From the NCBI RefSeq assembly GCF_964204645.1, contig NW_027437465.1, forward strand, positions 17,001-81,000: DNA of 64,000 bases, written 5' to 3'. Made by a program: the position numbers and the translations under genes. Of the stretch, positions 63,570 through 64,000 are shown piece by piece (position 1 is the stretch's first letter; each line of letters begins with the position of its first letter). The notes beneath the pieces were generated by a model. The model saw only the letters and a program-made list of their open reading frames with translations, was not told the DNA's origin and did no database searches. The DNA comes from Tubulanus polymorphus. Lineage: Eukaryota; Animalia; Nemertea.

Positions 63570-63646
63570 GAATATCTAGAATCCGAAATGACTTATCTGG
63601 ACAATTTAATTACTCCGCATAGATAGACAAAAGTAGTGAGATATTC
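63570..63646. other. Conserved non-coding element, copy 3 (inverted)
   Basis: GAATATCTAGAATCCGAAATGACTTATCTGGACAATTTAATTACTCCGCATAGATAGACAAAAGTAGTGAGATATTC is the reverse complement of 49825-49901 with 2 changes. Confidence 0.65.
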
Positions 63647-63689
63647 AATTAATCAAAAAAATTATTTTTTTTGCTTTTTTTCTAAAATA

Positions 63690-64000
63690 TTAATCCATTT
63701 TTTTTATTATCAATTTTGGAATTTCAGAAGTACTTTCATTTTTGATAGCAGTTGGTTCAGAATTACTAATATCATGAATTTTATTTGATTTCTTATACCA
63801 ATTACACCCAATCAAAATGAATACAATTACAAATCCAACTGTAAAATATAAATATTTATCAAATATTCTACTATCAGAAGGAGTAGAAATAACAATATTT
63901 TCACCATTTTTATTAACATTTTTATTACTTATTTTTTCTTTTACAGCTTTTTTATATTCTTGTGATTTAATTCCTAATTGTCGAGACCATTCAATTTGTT
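63690..64000 (-). CDS. Protein 'B' copy (3' part; 5' end outside the window)
   Basis: The reverse complement closely matches 49460-49769. Confidence 0.75.
   Translation of the reverse strand, partial: QIEWSRQLGIKSQEYKKAVKEKISNKNVNKNGENIVISTPSDSRIFDKYLYFTVGFVIVFILIGCNWYKKSNKIHDISNSEPTAIKNESTSEIPKLIIKKMD

Larger units (their letters stand above)
62190..64000 (-). mobile_element. Polinton element 3: inverted near-copy of element 1's right end (runs off the window), interrupted by a ~0.9-kb insert
   Basis: Starts AGTAATTGGGAAAGTAAGCTTTCATACCAGAGG at 62190 (homolog of the 50343 terminus). 62190-62622 and 63541-64000 match the reverse complement of ~49460-50343. Confidence 0.9.

Overview
This looks like a eukaryotic (probably invertebrate) heterochromatic or pericentromeric window. 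Bases 1-40417 are one head-to-tail satellite array (118-bp base monomer; 121/122, 115 and 76-bp variants; multi-kb block duplications). All ORFs there are artefacts of a stop-free repeat. The array ends abruptly at a very AT-rich cluster of decayed Polinton/Maverick (adintovirus-like) endogenous virus copies. Element 1 (40418-50343) is bounded by ~46-bp imperfect AGTA.. termini and has a 184-bp fold-back at its left end. It carries pPolB, minor capsid, small membrane ORFs, a truncated integrase and a packaging ATPase. Element 2 (~50344-56800) is a diverged relative with major capsid, integrase and ATPase. Element 3 (62190->64000) is an inverted near-copy of element 1's right end that cuts a LINE. 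Between them lie a decayed RT fragment, a 31-bp minisatellite and a 610-bp tandem duplication. The most notable signals are: (i) nearly every viral gene starts in WATAAATG, often after a T-run, which matches poxvirus late promoter architecture and suggests dependence on a cytoplasmic helper virus; (ii) a conserved, apparently structured ~77-nt non-coding element occurs in all three copies; (iii) the termini are unusually short, with a terminal hairpin. All assignments come from reading motifs by eye; no searches were run.
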